Notes: generated from the sequence alone by a model not told the origin. Positions 8,877 through 19,425 are shown, counted from the stretch's first letter. The stretch is DNA of 64,000 nt from an uncultured candidate division Zixibacteria bacterium (GCA_963664195.1 OY760907.1:1696001-1760000), one strand, 5' to 3'. Program-made: numbers and translations.

Positions 8877-10022
8877 ATGCGAATCATCCCGCTCATATTC
8901 GCTCTGTTGCTCACGCTCATGTTCGGCAGCGTCGCGCATGCGCAGGACTCCACCAAAACACCTGCCCTCCAAGACCTCTGGCGTCTCAGCGACAGCCTCG
9001 CACGGACCGGCAGCCAGGGGCAGGACACCCCCGAAGCCTCAACCTACATTTATGTCGAGGATTTCGAGGTCCGTCACGAAATCCTGATGCCGTTCTATGT
9101 CCTCGAAGATTGGGCCACGCTCAAATACAACAATGCCGACGCTATCGATACCCTCGAACAACTTGCTATGCGACGCCCCATTAAGGAGCTTTTCACCCGC
9201 CGCAATCCGGTCAATATCGACGGCCTCGCGGTGCGGCCGTTGCTCACCCAACTCGATTTCATCGCCCCGCGGTATCTTGATTCCCTTCGAGTTACCCCCC
9301 CGAGGGTGCCGGTAGATGCCGTGACTGCCTGGGTGGGTGTGATTCTGACCTACAGCACGAAGGGGACGCCGAACAGCGTCGAGATAACCTGGGACATGTT
9401 CAACGACCAAATGACCGCGGTCAAGTCGATTGTCTACGAGTACGAAAAGACCGGCGCGTTCCGCTTCACTCCCGATAGGGCGACCTATCGTTGGCAGAAT
9501 CCCGGGCGACCGAAGGTTCCGCCCCTCACCGAAGTTGCGCACCACAAAAAATCCTGGTGGAAGTTCGGCTCCGATCTGTCGGACAACGACGCCGAGGCGA
9601 TTTTCGAAACGTTGCTCAAGAATGTCTATCGCGCGTTTGATTACCGAACCGAAAGCGATGTCTACGACGCCCTCGCGCTTTCCGTTGGCGGTGAACTGCT
9701 GAGTGAGGTCTACCTGCAGGTGCACCGGAGTCTGGAGATGGCCGAGCAGGGGGGAGCAGTGTCGAGGATCAAAGATGTGACAATCCTTGAAGGCAACAGG
9801 CAAGAGGTCGATAAGCGGTTCGCCGATGCCGACCAAAGTTTCGGCTACAAGGCGAACTGGACGGTAGAAGGAACGGTTGAACATTGGGGACACATTCATG
9901 CGCGAACCAACGGCTACGAGGCTCTGTTCTCAATAGTCGTGGAGGACAAAGCATGGAAGATTGTCGACCTCCAGGTGCTGCATCAGGAACGGGTGAAATT
10001 CGAATCGACCGTGAGGGAGTAG
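8877..10022 (+). CDS. Secreted hypothetical protein with a C-terminal HWGHIH motif
   Basis: Signal peptide ending ..AHA|QD. C-terminal WTVEGTVEHWGHIHARTN. First gene of the ABC cluster. Confidence 0.75.
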   Translation: MRIIPLIFALLLTLMFGSVAHAQDSTKTPALQDLWRLSDSLARTGSQGQDTPEASTYIYVEDFEVRHEILMPFYVLEDWATLKYNNADAIDTLEQLAMRRPIKELFTRRNPVNIDGLAVRPLLTQLDFIAPRYLDSLRVTPPRVPVDAVTAWVGVILTYSTKGTPNSVEITWDMFNDQMTAVKSIVYEYEKTGAFRFTPDRATYRWQNPGRPKVPPLTEVAHHKKSWWKFGSDLSDNDAEAIFETLLKNVYRAFDYRTESDVYDALALSVGGELLSEVYLQVHRSLEMAEQGGAVSRIKDVTILEGNRQEVDKRFADADQSFGYKANWTVEGTVEHWGHIHARTNGYEALFSIVVEDKAWKIVDLQVLHQERVKFESTVRE

Positions 10023-10034
10023 TCGAACTATAGC

Positions 10035-10703
10035 ATGATTGCACTAACGAACATAGATTTCTGTTACGGTGAGAGCGATTTCCGTTTGCAAGTCGACAAG
10101 CTGGAAATCGCAGCCGGGACGAAAACCGCCATTGTCGGCCCCAGCGGCTCGGGCAAAACAACGCTGCTTCGGCTCATCGCCGGCATCAGTACCCCTGATG
10201 CAGGTGAGATCAAGGTTGGGGATGCCGTCGTCTCCGGCATGGACGATTCAGCCCGCCGCGATTTCCGCAGTTCTCAGATCGGTTTCGTGTTTCAAGAATT
10301 CGAGCTGATCGAATACCTCAACGTGCACGAGAACATTCTCCTCCCGTATTTAATCAATCGCTCCATGTCTCTTGAGCCGGCAGTCCGAAATCGGGCGAAT
10401 GAGTTGGCCGACTCGATGAGCCTCGGTGACAAATCAAAACGGTTCGTCGGGCAGTTGTCACAGGGGGAAAAACAGCGCGTCGCGATATGCCGGGCGTTGA
10501 TATCCAATCCGTCGCTGATTCTCGCCGATGAACCAACCGGCAATCTCGATCCGAAAAACAAAACGAAGATTGTCGACAGCCTGTTCAAATGCGCCGCCGA
10601 TACCAAAGCCACCTTGCTCATGGTCACCCACGATCATAGTCTGCTCGAAGGATTCGATCGCGTGATCGATTTTGAGCAACTGCGGGAAGAAGGTGTCGCA
10701 TGA
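10035..10703 (+). CDS. ABC ATPase, LolD/MacB type
   Basis: [25 protein letters not shown] and [10 protein letters not shown]. Confidence 0.92.
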   Translation: MIALTNIDFCYGESDFRLQVDKLEIAAGTKTAIVGPSGSGKTTLLRLIAGISTPDAGEIKVGDAVVSGMDDSARRDFRSSQIGFVFQEFELIEYLNVHENILLPYLINRSMSLEPAVRNRANELADSMSLGDKSKRFVGQLSQGEKQRVAICRALISNPSLILADEPTGNLDPKNKTKIVDSLFKCAADTKATLLMVTHDHSLLEGFDRVIDFEQLREEGVA

Positions 10704-11878
10704 TGCGGATTCTTCTGCTCGCCTGGCGGTACATCGCTTTCCACAAGGTTGTGACAGCAATCCTCCTGATCAGCATCACGGCCACATTGTACCTGCCGTT
10801 CACGGTGAGTATTCTCGTGGACCGTCTCGAAAGCCAACTTCTGGCGAGGGCGGAAACGACACCGCTGATAGTAGGCGCAAAAGGGAGTCGGTTTGATCTT
10901 ACTCTGAACGCACTCTATTTCGAGGCCAACGCGCCCCACACGATTGCGATGAGGGAGAGCCACAAGATTGCAGAGAGCGGGCTGGCGACACCGATTCCGA
11001 TGCACGTCCGGTTCAGTGCCCGCGGATTTCCAGTGGTGGGAACAACGCTTGAGTATTTCGACTTCCGGAATCTAACCATCGCCGCTGGCGACCATCTTGG
11101 TGTGCTCGGCGACTGTGTGATCGGGGCTGATGTTGCCGAGGCGCTTGATCTCAAACCGGGTGACCGGATCATGTCCGACCCGGAAAACGTTTTCGATATC
11201 GGGGGAAGCTACCCGTTGAATATGAAAGTCGTCGGTATTTTGGCGCGTTCACAGTCACCGGATGACAACGTGGTGTTTGTCGATGTTCGCACGGCGTGGA
11301 TTATCGAGGGGATAGGCCACGGTCACCAGAAACTGACGGCTGCAACCGACAGCTCGGTCGTATTGAAGCAGAGCGATTCGCAGGTTGTTGCCAACGCCGC
11401 GTTGCCGCAGTACACTGAAATCAACGCGGACAACCTGGCCTCGTTTCATTTCCACGCCGACCCGGAAGAGTTACCGCTTACGAGCGTTATCGTTCTTCCG
11501 AATGACAAGAAATCTCGGACGCTGCTGGAAGGTCGGTACGAGAACGATGACGCCACCGCCCAGATACTCCGACCAATTCGGATTGTCGACGAAATGATGG
11601 CGATGGTATTCAAGATTAAGCGGATATTCGATGCCGCAATGGTTGTCATCGCTGTGGCCACCGCGCTTTTCCTGATTCTGGTATTACTTTTGTCATTTCG
11701 CTTGCGAGAAAATGAGATGCTTACCATGTTCAAACTTGGTTGCAGCCGTATGACTATTTTTTGGCTGCAGACCGCAGAAGTGGTGGTGATAGTTACGGTG
11801 AGCGCTCTGCTTGCCGGGGCGCTGACGATGATCACACTGCCGTTAGCAACAGATATTATCAAGGGGATTGTCACATGA
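10700..11878 (+). CDS. FtsX/MacB-type ABC permease
   Basis: One N-terminal TM, a large periplasmic domain, then three C-terminal TMs with R..E......LG. Overlaps the ATPase stop codon. Confidence 0.82.
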   Translation: MMRILLLAWRYIAFHKVVTAILLISITATLYLPFTVSILVDRLESQLLARAETTPLIVGAKGSRFDLTLNALYFEANAPHTIAMRESHKIAESGLATPIPMHVRFSARGFPVVGTTLEYFDFRNLTIAAGDHLGVLGDCVIGADVAEALDLKPGDRIMSDPENVFDIGGSYPLNMKVVGILARSQSPDDNVVFVDVRTAWIIEGIGHGHQKLTAATDSSVVLKQSDSQVVANAALPQYTEINADNLASFHFHADPEELPLTSVIVLPNDKKSRTLLEGRYENDDATAQILRPIRIVDEMMAMVFKIKRIFDAAMVVIAVATALFLILVLLLSFRLRENEMLTMFKLGCSRMTIFWLQTAEVVVIVTVSALLAGALTMITLPLATDIIKGIVT

Positions 11879-12831
11879 GCAAACAAAAGTCAATCTGGAG
11901 CGACTTGTCGCTCGTCGCATTATTGGGACTACTTGCCGTTGCTGCGTTGACGGTCGTGTCGTGTGGAACGAAAGAAACCGACAGTGCCGACAAGCCGCAG
12001 GAGCAAACAGCGAAGCTGTCTGTCTATGTGGTCAACTATCCGGTCATGTATTTTGCGGAGCGAATCGGTGGAGACAAGATCGACGTGCATCTTCCTGCTC
12101 CCGCCGACGAGGACCCGGCGTTCTGGATGCCTTCTCCCGAGGTCATCAAGGAGTATCAGGATGCGGATGTTATTTTCCTGAACGGAGCAACCTACGCCAA
12201 ATGGACCGACAAGGTATCTCTGCCGGAATCGAAACTGGTCAACACGTCGGAGTCGTTCAGAGACAGCTACCTGTTGATGCCGTTTACGGTGAAGCACTCG
12301 CACGGTCCGGGCGGCGAGCACGCACATACAGGGACCGATTTCAACACCTGGATGAACCCGCTGCATGCGGTCGAGCAGGCCCGCGCGATTAAGACAAAGC
12401 TACAGCGCCTGTTGCCTGCCGACAGCGCTCTGTTCGAGACCAACTTTGCCTCTTTGGAGGCCGACCTTATCGCACTGGACCAAGCGTTTACAGCAGTTAC
12501 TGCCGGCAAGGGAAAGACGCCGTTGTTTGCCTCACACCCGGTTTACGGTTATTTCGCTGAGAAATACGGCCTGAATCTGAAGTGCCGACTGTGGGAACCG
12601 GAAGAGATGCCTGGCGTTCAGCAGTGGAAGGACTTCGATCAGGAACTTGGCCACCACGCTGCAAAATGGATGATCTGGGAAGGGGATCCGACTCCCGCTA
12701 TTGCGGCAAAATTGAAAGAGAGCGGCATTGCCTGCGCAGTGTTCTATCCGTGTGGCAACAGACCAGATACGGGAGATTATCTCTCGGTGATGAAAGAGAA
12801 CGTGGAACGTTTGCGCCCTGTGTTTAAGTAG
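11875..12831 (+). CDS. ZnuA/TroA-family metal-binding lipoprotein
   Basis: Lipobox VSC, YFAERIGGD, His loop HSHGPGGEHAH, TWMNP..A and ASHPVYGYFAEKYGL. Confidence 0.85.
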   Translation: MSKQKSIWSDLSLVALLGLLAVAALTVVSCGTKETDSADKPQEQTAKLSVYVVNYPVMYFAERIGGDKIDVHLPAPADEDPAFWMPSPEVIKEYQDADVIFLNGATYAKWTDKVSLPESKLVNTSESFRDSYLLMPFTVKHSHGPGGEHAHTGTDFNTWMNPLHAVEQARAIKTKLQRLLPADSALFETNFASLEADLIALDQAFTAVTAGKGKTPLFASHPVYGYFAEKYGLNLKCRLWEPEEMPGVQQWKDFDQELGHHAAKWMIWEGDPTPAIAAKLKESGIACAVFYPCGNRPDTGDYLSVMKENVERLRPVFK

Positions 12832-12864
12832 GAGCGCAGTATCCACAGGGACGTATAAGAGTTG

Positions 12865-13587
12865 ATGAAGACTCGTAAGATATACAAGCAGATCAGGGAG
12901 GCAGTCTTCTGCCTCCTGTTCTGTTTCGGACTGCTGTGTTCTGCGGCGGCTCAATCGGCGTATGCCCATGATACCCGGATGATGGATATTTTCGGCATGG
13001 GGCAGGCCCCCAGTGACGAGGACGTTCTTATGTACCGGGGGAATGTCTACGCTCGCACCGGTATGTACGAACGTGCGGTCGAAGAGTATGGGAAAGTCAT
13101 CGCCCTTGACTCGCTAAACGTGCTGGCGCACATAAATCGCGCTATAACACTCATGGACCTGGCCCGATTCCGGGAAGCCCTGGCCGACATGCACTCCGCC
13201 GAGCGCCTGGAGCCGGACAACTACGAGGTGTATATCAATCGCGCTCTGGTTTACGCGGCGCTCGAGAAGTTGGATTCGGCCGTCCTCGACTGCGATCGCG
13301 CTCTGGAGATCAACGGTGACGCCGCCGAGGCGTATGCCAATCGCGGGAATTACCTCGCCCGTCTCGGTGAGTTCGACGAGGGGTTAGCCGATTGTGAACA
13401 TGCCATCGCTATCGATTCCACCTATGCTCAGGCCTGGTTGGGCTCTACTCTGATTTATCTGGAACTTTCGGATTTCGACAGGGCCAAGGCCTCCTTCCGA
13501 ACGCTGCTCAGATATGAGACGGCTGACATGAAAGGCATCGTCGGGCAGCTTCATCTTCTGATCGACACCTCGCAAGCAGCGAACTAA
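12865..13587 (+). CDS. Secreted TPR protein
   Basis: Signal peptide ending AYA|HD and about five TPR-like units (Y.NR....A..D...A..L.P). Confidence 0.85.
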   Translation: MKTRKIYKQIREAVFCLLFCFGLLCSAAAQSAYAHDTRMMDIFGMGQAPSDEDVLMYRGNVYARTGMYERAVEEYGKVIALDSLNVLAHINRAITLMDLARFREALADMHSAERLEPDNYEVYINRALVYAALEKLDSAVLDCDRALEINGDAAEAYANRGNYLARLGEFDEGLADCEHAIAIDSTYAQAWLGSTLIYLELSDFDRAKASFRTLLRYETADMKGIVGQLHLLIDTSQAAN

Positions 13588-13960
13588 TCTCCGGTGGCAC
13601 CGATGCCATAGTATTCCACCCTGCCGCGACCCACGTCGGCGGACCACCGTTTTTGGTGGGATAAGACGCCTCTCCGGACAATCTCGTAACGATGGGCGAC
13701 CTGATGACTCTCATAGACCATCTATTTATCTCACTTGCTCCTCTCTCGGCCTGTCCGTAGTGTCTCTGTCGACCTGTGCTACAGGTGGGTGCGTCGCGCC
13801 TGCGGCGCACTCATCTATATCAGAGCTTACCCACGGGTTGATACAGGTCCGTACATACCTGACTCCAGGCAGGTGATCCGGTGGGTGGCAGATATGTCGT
13901 TCCTGGTTGACGTTCCGTGATCGACCGTACTGCTCAAATCCTTCGCAGAAGCCCCCAAAC

Positions 13961-13989
13961 TTGACATGCCGACTGCAATTCCCTAGATT
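13961..13989 (+). promoter_or_regulatory. Sigma70-like promoter
   Basis: TTGACA-17 bp-TAGATT upstream of the CPBP gene. Confidence 0.55.
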
Positions 13990-14030
13990 GCAGACTCTCC
14001 AGTCCCCAAAAAGTGAAAGCAGGTCATCGC

Positions 14031-14768
14031 ATGGCATCTGATAACAGTTCCCGCACCGTTGCGGCGCTGGGCGTATCAGTCGGCATATTCCTGATCGCAG
14101 TGGTGATTCCGAAACTTGTCTTCTCGACGGCCGTTCCCGCTATCGGGACCACGCAGGCTCTGGAGCTTCTGCTGTCACTCCTGGCCATTGCCCTGCTCGG
14201 TAAGGCGAGGTTTGCCGAGTACGGTTTCTGCCGACCGCAATGGAACCGTGAGTCTCAAGATGGCAGCTCCCGCTGGTTATTGATCTTTCTAACCGCGCCT
14301 GTGATGGGAATAGTGGCGACGGTTGCGATCCTTGGATTCGGCGGCAACGGCAATCCTGTAGTCAAACAGCTTTCGTTTCCACAGATCATCCTGTTTGTCT
14401 GGGTGTTTTCGAGCACTATTGAAGAAGTATTCACACGCGGGTTTCTCCAGGGACACCTTTCGGGGCTATCCGGCAAGTACGTGAAACTGTTCGGTTTCCG
14501 CATTCAAGTGCCGGTTCTTGTCAGCGCTCTGTTTTTCGCCTGCATGCACTTGATTCTGCCGTTTGTCGGGGCCGATGCTACTACCACCGTAATCGTCTTT
14601 TTGTTCACCCTGTCAATCGGACTCATGGCAGGGCACTTCCGCGCCAGAACGGGCAGCTTGATCCCGGCGATTGCCGTGCACATGCTGGCGAATGTGGGCG
14701 GAATGATCGGCGGCATCATGTATGGTATCATCAATTTCGCAGTTACTGGAAATTTGCCGGGGCAGTGA
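14031..14768 (+). CDS. CPBP (CAAX/Abi) intramembrane metalloprotease
   Basis: EEVFTRG, FACMH and AVHMLAN motifs in a multi-TM protein. Confidence 0.9.
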   Translation: MASDNSSRTVAALGVSVGIFLIAVVIPKLVFSTAVPAIGTTQALELLLSLLAIALLGKARFAEYGFCRPQWNRESQDGSSRWLLIFLTAPVMGIVATVAILGFGGNGNPVVKQLSFPQIILFVWVFSSTIEEVFTRGFLQGHLSGLSGKYVKLFGFRIQVPVLVSALFFACMHLILPFVGADATTTVIVFLFTLSIGLMAGHFRARTGSLIPAIAVHMLANVGGMIGGIMYGIINFAVTGNLPGQ

Positions 14769-14909
14769 GACTTCTTAAGCCGATGCGAACCGGGGAACAG
14801 AGTCGAGCTTTGTTGTTGCCAGCCGGAACCGAAAAGTGCTGATTCCATATAATAGGAAACATGGTCCTGTCTGGCTCCGAAGGGGAGAGATCGCGGCCAG
14901 ATAGGAATA

Positions 14910-14971
14910 GTAGGTCGAAACGCTTGCGATTTCGACAAAGGATCGTCAGAACCGCTGGGGTTCTGACCTAC
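14910..14971. repeat. Inverted pair of GTAG-type REP palindromes
   Basis: GTAG-GTCGAAA..TTTCGAC (14910-14936) and inverted GTAG-GTCAGAACC..GGTTCTGAC (14945-14971). Confidence 0.75.
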
Positions 14972-14991
14972 AACCAGGGGATAGTCCGCAC

Positions 14992-16809
14992 ATGAGCAAG
15001 AAATCTCGGTTTCCGTCGTTTCAGGAACTTCTCGATGGTGCCGGTACCGGTGCCGCACGATTTCCATTTGCGCTATTGAGCGCCCTGCTGGGCACAATTG
15101 CGGCGATCAACTCTGTCAATGCGGAGTACGGTGCCGCATCCGACAACTCGGAGAAGCTCATGATGATAGCCGGGCTGGGGTTGCCGCTGTTCATCGCTCT
15201 TGTAGTGTTCGCGGAAAAACGGGAATGGAAACTGCCGGTAGCGCTGGGACTTCAGTTGGCCGGCGCGGTCTTGCTGGGAGCCTATTACTTCTCGCTGCCG
15301 GACGATCTTTCCGCGCCGCTCATTCATCCCGTGCGATTTCTCCTGCTCGGGGTCGGTCTGCATTTTCTCGTGGCCTTTCTGCCGTGGCTTGGAAAAGGCC
15401 AGCAGGAAGGGTTCTGGCAGTACAACAAGAGTCTGTTCCTGCGCTTTCTTCTGTCGGCATTGTATTCGGCGGTGACCTTCCTTGGACTGACCGCCGCCGT
15501 AGCTGCCGCAGACTACTTATTTGGGATGGATGTCAATTCCGACACCTACAGTCATCTCTGGTTTGTCTGCGCGATTCTACTGAATACTTGGATTTTCATT
15601 TCCGGTATCCCGCGAGACCTCGCGGGGTTGAACAAATCGGTCTCCTATCCGGTCGGGCTGAAATACTTCGCACAGTATCTCCTCCTGCCGTTGTGCGGAC
15701 TCTATTTCCTGATCCTGATTGCCTACGAGGCCAAGATTCTCGTCACCTGGAACCTGCCGCGCGGCTGGGTCTCGCAATTGGTCCTATGGTTTTCTGTAGT
15801 TGGCATCATGTGCCAGTTGCTGCTGCACCCCATGAGGCTCATAGAGGGCAGTCGATGGATTCAGAAATTCACGAAATGGTTCTATCGCCTGTTGATTCCG
15901 TTGGTCGGAATGCTATTTCTGGCGATCATTACGCGTATATCTGATTACGGTTTTACGGTCAATCGGTATTTCGTTGTTGTTCTCGCAATCGGCCTGACGG
16001 TAGTCATGCTGTATTTCGTTTTTAGCAAAGCCCGAGATATCAGGATCATTCCGATTGTCCTCTGTATCATTGCCTTTGTGTCTTCATTTGGACCGTGGAG
16101 TGCATTTTCAGTCTCGCAATCAGTGCAGCAGAATCGCCTCAACGATCTGTTGGTTGCGAATGAAATCCTGCACGAGGGCAAGATCATCGACCCTGAAACC
16201 GAGCCGTCGTTTGAATCAAGAAAAGAGATGAGCAACGTGATCGGATACTTGAACGAGTGGTACGGAGTCGATGCGTTTGATCGCTGGTTTGATGACAGTA
16301 CGCTGGCGGCGTGGGATACGGTAGCCTCTTACACCCGGGCTGGATCGGTTGCGGAGAAATTCGGTTTTGCCTTTGTGACGAAGTGGCAGAAGGAGGACAA
16401 GCGCGGCGCGTTTCTGCTGACCATAAACAGTGCGCGATCACTTGATGTCCGGGGTTACGATTTCATGCTCAAGGTCGGCAGTGGGGCGGAAACCGACGTA
16501 ATGCCGTACTTCCTTACTGACAGGAGTGCTGTCAGAGTAAGACTTGATACAACAACCATCGTGCTCGAAGTGAATCTCGGCGAGGAATACGACCCGGAGA
16601 CTGCGGCACGGCTTTCGTTGTCCGGCGATCTTGCCGCGTTGTGCGCGTCCTCGGAGCACGACACTCTCGAGCCGGATCAACTGTCGTTCACGTTGTCGAG
16701 CAACGAGTTCGACGCGCGGATAGTCTTTGATCGAATCTCTGGCAACTTCGCAGACGATACCGTACATATCGACAACTGGTCCGGCAAGCTGTTGCTGAGA
16801 CTGAAGTGA
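14992..16809 (+). CDS. DUF4153-like polytopic membrane protein
   Basis: RFP, FWQYN..LF.R, YP..L....Y.LLPL, LPRG.VS, RI.DYG.T.NRY and GPWSAFSVS. Confidence 0.75.
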   Translation: MSKKSRFPSFQELLDGAGTGAARFPFALLSALLGTIAAINSVNAEYGAASDNSEKLMMIAGLGLPLFIALVVFAEKREWKLPVALGLQLAGAVLLGAYYFSLPDDLSAPLIHPVRFLLLGVGLHFLVAFLPWLGKGQQEGFWQYNKSLFLRFLLSALYSAVTFLGLTAAVAAADYLFGMDVNSDTYSHLWFVCAILLNTWIFISGIPRDLAGLNKSVSYPVGLKYFAQYLLLPLCGLYFLILIAYEAKILVTWNLPRGWVSQLVLWFSVVGIMCQLLLHPMRLIEGSRWIQKFTKWFYRLLIPLVGMLFLAIITRISDYGFTVNRYFVVVLAIGLTVVMLYFVFSKARDIRIIPIVLCIIAFVSSFGPWSAFSVSQSVQQNRLNDLLVANEILHEGKIIDPETEPSFESRKEMSNVIGYLNEWYGVDAFDRWFDDSTLAAWDTVASYTRAGSVAEKFGFAFVTKWQKEDKRGAFLLTINSARSLDVRGYDFMLKVGSGAETDVMPYFLTDRSAVRVRLDTTTIVLEVNLGEEYDPETAARLSLSGDLAALCASSEHDTLEPDQLSFTLSSNEFDARIVFDRISGNFADDTVHIDNWSGKLLLRLK

Positions 16810-16823
16810 GGGGAGAGAGTAGA

Positions 16824-17282
16824 ATGGGAATCGAGATTTCGCTGAAGGAACTCGTCGAGAGTATGGAAATACAGTCGGACGAAGTCACTTCGTACATGAA
16901 CACGCTGCCTGGTGAAATCGAGGCGGTTACCGACGAAGAGTTGGGGGCTGCGGAACAGGGCACATACGAGGATCTGACTGGAGTTGAAACGCCAGACTTC
17001 GTCCTCGCCGTTTTGGAGGGAAGGGACAGTATCGCGCTTCCTACGCGGATGGACATCAACGAATATCAGATAATGGAGAAGTTTGCGGAGTCAGTCAAGG
17101 ATAGCGCGCTGTCAGACCGCCTGGCCGAGGCACTGGTGGGAAGGGGCGCGTTCCGTCGTTTCAAGGATGCAGTGTTCCACGCCGGTGTGGAAGAAGATTG
17201 GTACAAATTCAAGTTTGACAAGTACGCTGAAGTCGCCATCGATTGGTGTGAGACCAACAGCATTAGCTATCGCCGACCGTAG
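16824..17282 (+). CDS. UPF0158 family protein
   Basis: LP...DINEY.IME.F and L.GRGAFRRFKD......E.DWY.F. Confidence 0.8.
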   Translation: MGIEISLKELVESMEIQSDEVTSYMNTLPGEIEAVTDEELGAAEQGTYEDLTGVETPDFVLAVLEGRDSIALPTRMDINEYQIMEKFAESVKDSALSDRLAEALVGRGAFRRFKDAVFHAGVEEDWYKFKFDKYAEVAIDWCETNSISYRRP

Positions 17283-17301
17283 GTGGAAGGAGTGTGACAG
17301 A

Positions 17302-17568
17302 ATAATCATTCGCACAACCCTGAAGCTGGCCAAAAAGATTAAAGCCTCGCCCACGGTCTGCGAACCCCTGAACAGCCACTTGCTTCTTGATTGGACTGCC
17401 AATGTGTTTCTATTCGACCGGATTCAGCTCACTATTGTCACCTATACAGCGACACTGTTTTCGTTGCTTTTCCGAGGCAATCGCATTACATCGGCAGAGT
17501 CCTTCATGGCGATGTTAGGAAATCGTCTCGAAGCGTATCTCCCGTTGGAGCGAATGTCCGACCGGTAA
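17302..17568 (+). pseudogene. Truncated DUF6933-like remnant with a lost start codon
   Basis: AAGGAG RBS is followed by ATA instead of ATG: IIIRTTLKLAKKIK...LLDWTANVFLFDR...TLFSLLF, ending after 88 codons. Confidence 0.5.
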
Positions 17569-17583
17569 GAAAGGAACAGCCCT

Positions 17584-18168
17584 ATGACCGACCGCAAAAA
17601 ACTATTCGATGCCGCTCTGGAAATCTTCGCCGAAGTTGGATTGAAAAACGCCAGCCTTCAGATGATCTCCGAAAAGGCAGGTCTCGAGCCGGCTATGGCC
17701 CGCGCTCTGTTTGTCGACAAGGAAACGCTTCTCCGTGAGGTTCTCGACGACATCTCTATGCCGGTCATCAGCGCGATCTCTATGGCGGTCGAACGATACG
17801 ATACTCCCCGTGATATGATCTGCGGGTCACTTCGTTTGTTCGACACGTGGCTCAACGACAATCCTCTCTATGTCCGCGTGCTCCAGAGGGCGTTTCTTGA
17901 CGATCCGGCAGCGCTCAGAACGATTTTCAAGAAGTCCATGTATTCGTCGGAATTCTATGAACGGATCGAGGGATATATTGCAGAAGGGAAACTCAGCATC
18001 GAGGATCCGTTCGATCTCGTAATGCTGCTTGATTCTGCAATCATGTTTGGCCATATCGCGAAAGCTGGTATGGCGTCAATGATACCGGGAACCGACGAGA
18101 CTGAAATCATCACACGACGGTTCAACGCGCTCTGCGTGCTGCTGGAAAACGGCCTGTTTGTCGAATAG
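17584..18168 (+). CDS. TetR/AcrR-family regulator
   Basis: RKKLFDAALEIFAEVG...ASLQMISEKAG...F.DKE.L N-terminal HTH. Confidence 0.85.
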   Translation: MTDRKKLFDAALEIFAEVGLKNASLQMISEKAGLEPAMARALFVDKETLLREVLDDISMPVISAISMAVERYDTPRDMICGSLRLFDTWLNDNPLYVRVLQRAFLDDPAALRTIFKKSMYSSEFYERIEGYIAEGKLSIEDPFDLVMLLDSAIMFGHIAKAGMASMIPGTDETEIITRRFNALCVLLENGLFVE

Positions 18169-18338
18169 GCTGTAGTCTGTTTTTTTCACCGACTATCAAT
18201 CAACGCTATGAAAGACCGTGCCTGCGAGCGCCGGAGTTCCATCCTCTTTACTGAGCCGTTGGACAACCCGTGGTCGTCCCAGAAGCAGGTCGAAATCCAA
18301 CGCAGCCTGCTGCCGGCGGTTTTGACATTCATGGCTTC

Positions 18339-18368
18339 GGGTGGCCGGGTCAACCTTGTTTGGCCCGG
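18339..18368 (+). repeat. Dispersed GTGG-type REP of the RAYT-flanking family
   Basis: GGGTGG-CCGGGTCAACC-TT-GTTTGGCCCGG, between convergent genes. Confidence 0.7.
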
Positions 18369-18374
18369 TTTCGT

Positions 18375-19220
18375 TCACCCGCGACAAGCCTTGAGAATAA
18401 TGTCCCCCCGTTCCAAACCGAGGTCCTTTGCAATAATACGGCACTTGATTTTCAATATGAAAAAGATCGGCAGATCCTCGCCGGACAGCGCCTCGAAATT
18501 CCCCTGCCCCTTGGCGATGATAAGATCGGATTCAGCGACCAGCCGCCGGAACTCCGGGCTGCACGTTTTTAGAATCGTCCCCGGTGCATCGGTCCCCGAT
18601 GACACTACCGTGGCAACCTTATCTAAACCTGCTTGCACTGCATCCTCGATGACCGCGTCGTTGATGACCGGTACTCCTCGAACGGCATACGTCACCGGCT
18701 TGCCCATCTCTTCGATCAGCAGTCGATCAAACACTGTTTCGCCCGCATTATCCCCTATGTAGAGGATCCGGTCGGTTCTGTCGAGAGCTGCTTTGAACGC
18801 TCTATAATCGAAGATGGCAAACTCTTTGGTCAACGTCTCTTCAATGGTTTGCTCCACATCGAAGTTCGCACTCGCTCCGAAATCGATTATGTTGCCGGCC
18901 ACCGCCATTCTGATTGCCGCCAGCAGCCGGTCCCCGGATTGCTGTATTGTTTGTTTCATTGAGGGATACAGCGTCAGTGCCTGTTCCGTGCACCTGTGTT
19001 TTATCTCGCGGAATGGGTCGGGATTGCCGGTGATCTCACGGACCATGCGGTGCAGTAACCGTCCGGTTTCCGGCGGAGTGCTGTCGAGTGAAATATCGCT
19101 CAGTTTAGCTCCCAGTTCATCCAGGAGTCGCTTGATCTTTGCCTCATCGTCAGTCGAGGCTCGCCCGGCGCGGAGGGCCTGGCCGAAGAAACAGGGGATG
19201 CATTCAAGATATGTCTTCAT
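18375..19220 (-). CDS. DUF89/ARMT1-like damage-control phosphatase
   Basis: CIPC, GNIIDFG, GDNAGE.VFD, P.INDA and IAKGQGNFE. Confidence 0.9.
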   Translation of the reverse strand: MKTYLECIPCFFGQALRAGRASTDDEAKIKRLLDELGAKLSDISLDSTPPETGRLLHRMVREITGNPDPFREIKHRCTEQALTLYPSMKQTIQQSGDRLLAAIRMAVAGNIIDFGASANFDVEQTIEETLTKEFAIFDYRAFKAALDRTDRILYIGDNAGETVFDRLLIEEMGKPVTYAVRGVPVINDAVIEDAVQAGLDKVATVVSSGTDAPGTILKTCSPEFRRLVAESDLIIAKGQGNFEALSGEDLPIFFILKIKCRIIAKDLGLERGDIILKACRG

Positions 19221-19425
19221 ACGTATTCAGTCGCTTTCCAATTCACTGTCGAGTTGAAGCAATCTACGGCGCTACAGACACACGTCAACAGCCAAAGCTC
19301 AGGATGATTGAAGCTTGTATCCTGAAGTCGGACTTGATTATCTGACAATGGAAACCTGAGGCCGGTTGTGATCGTAGTCCTGCTAAACGGCACGAGGCGA
19401 ACCACAGCTTTGAAAAGGACACTCA

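Noticed and set aside
18208..18762. 184-aa plus-strand ORF
   Set aside because: Antisense to the DUF89 gene and runs through a REP element.
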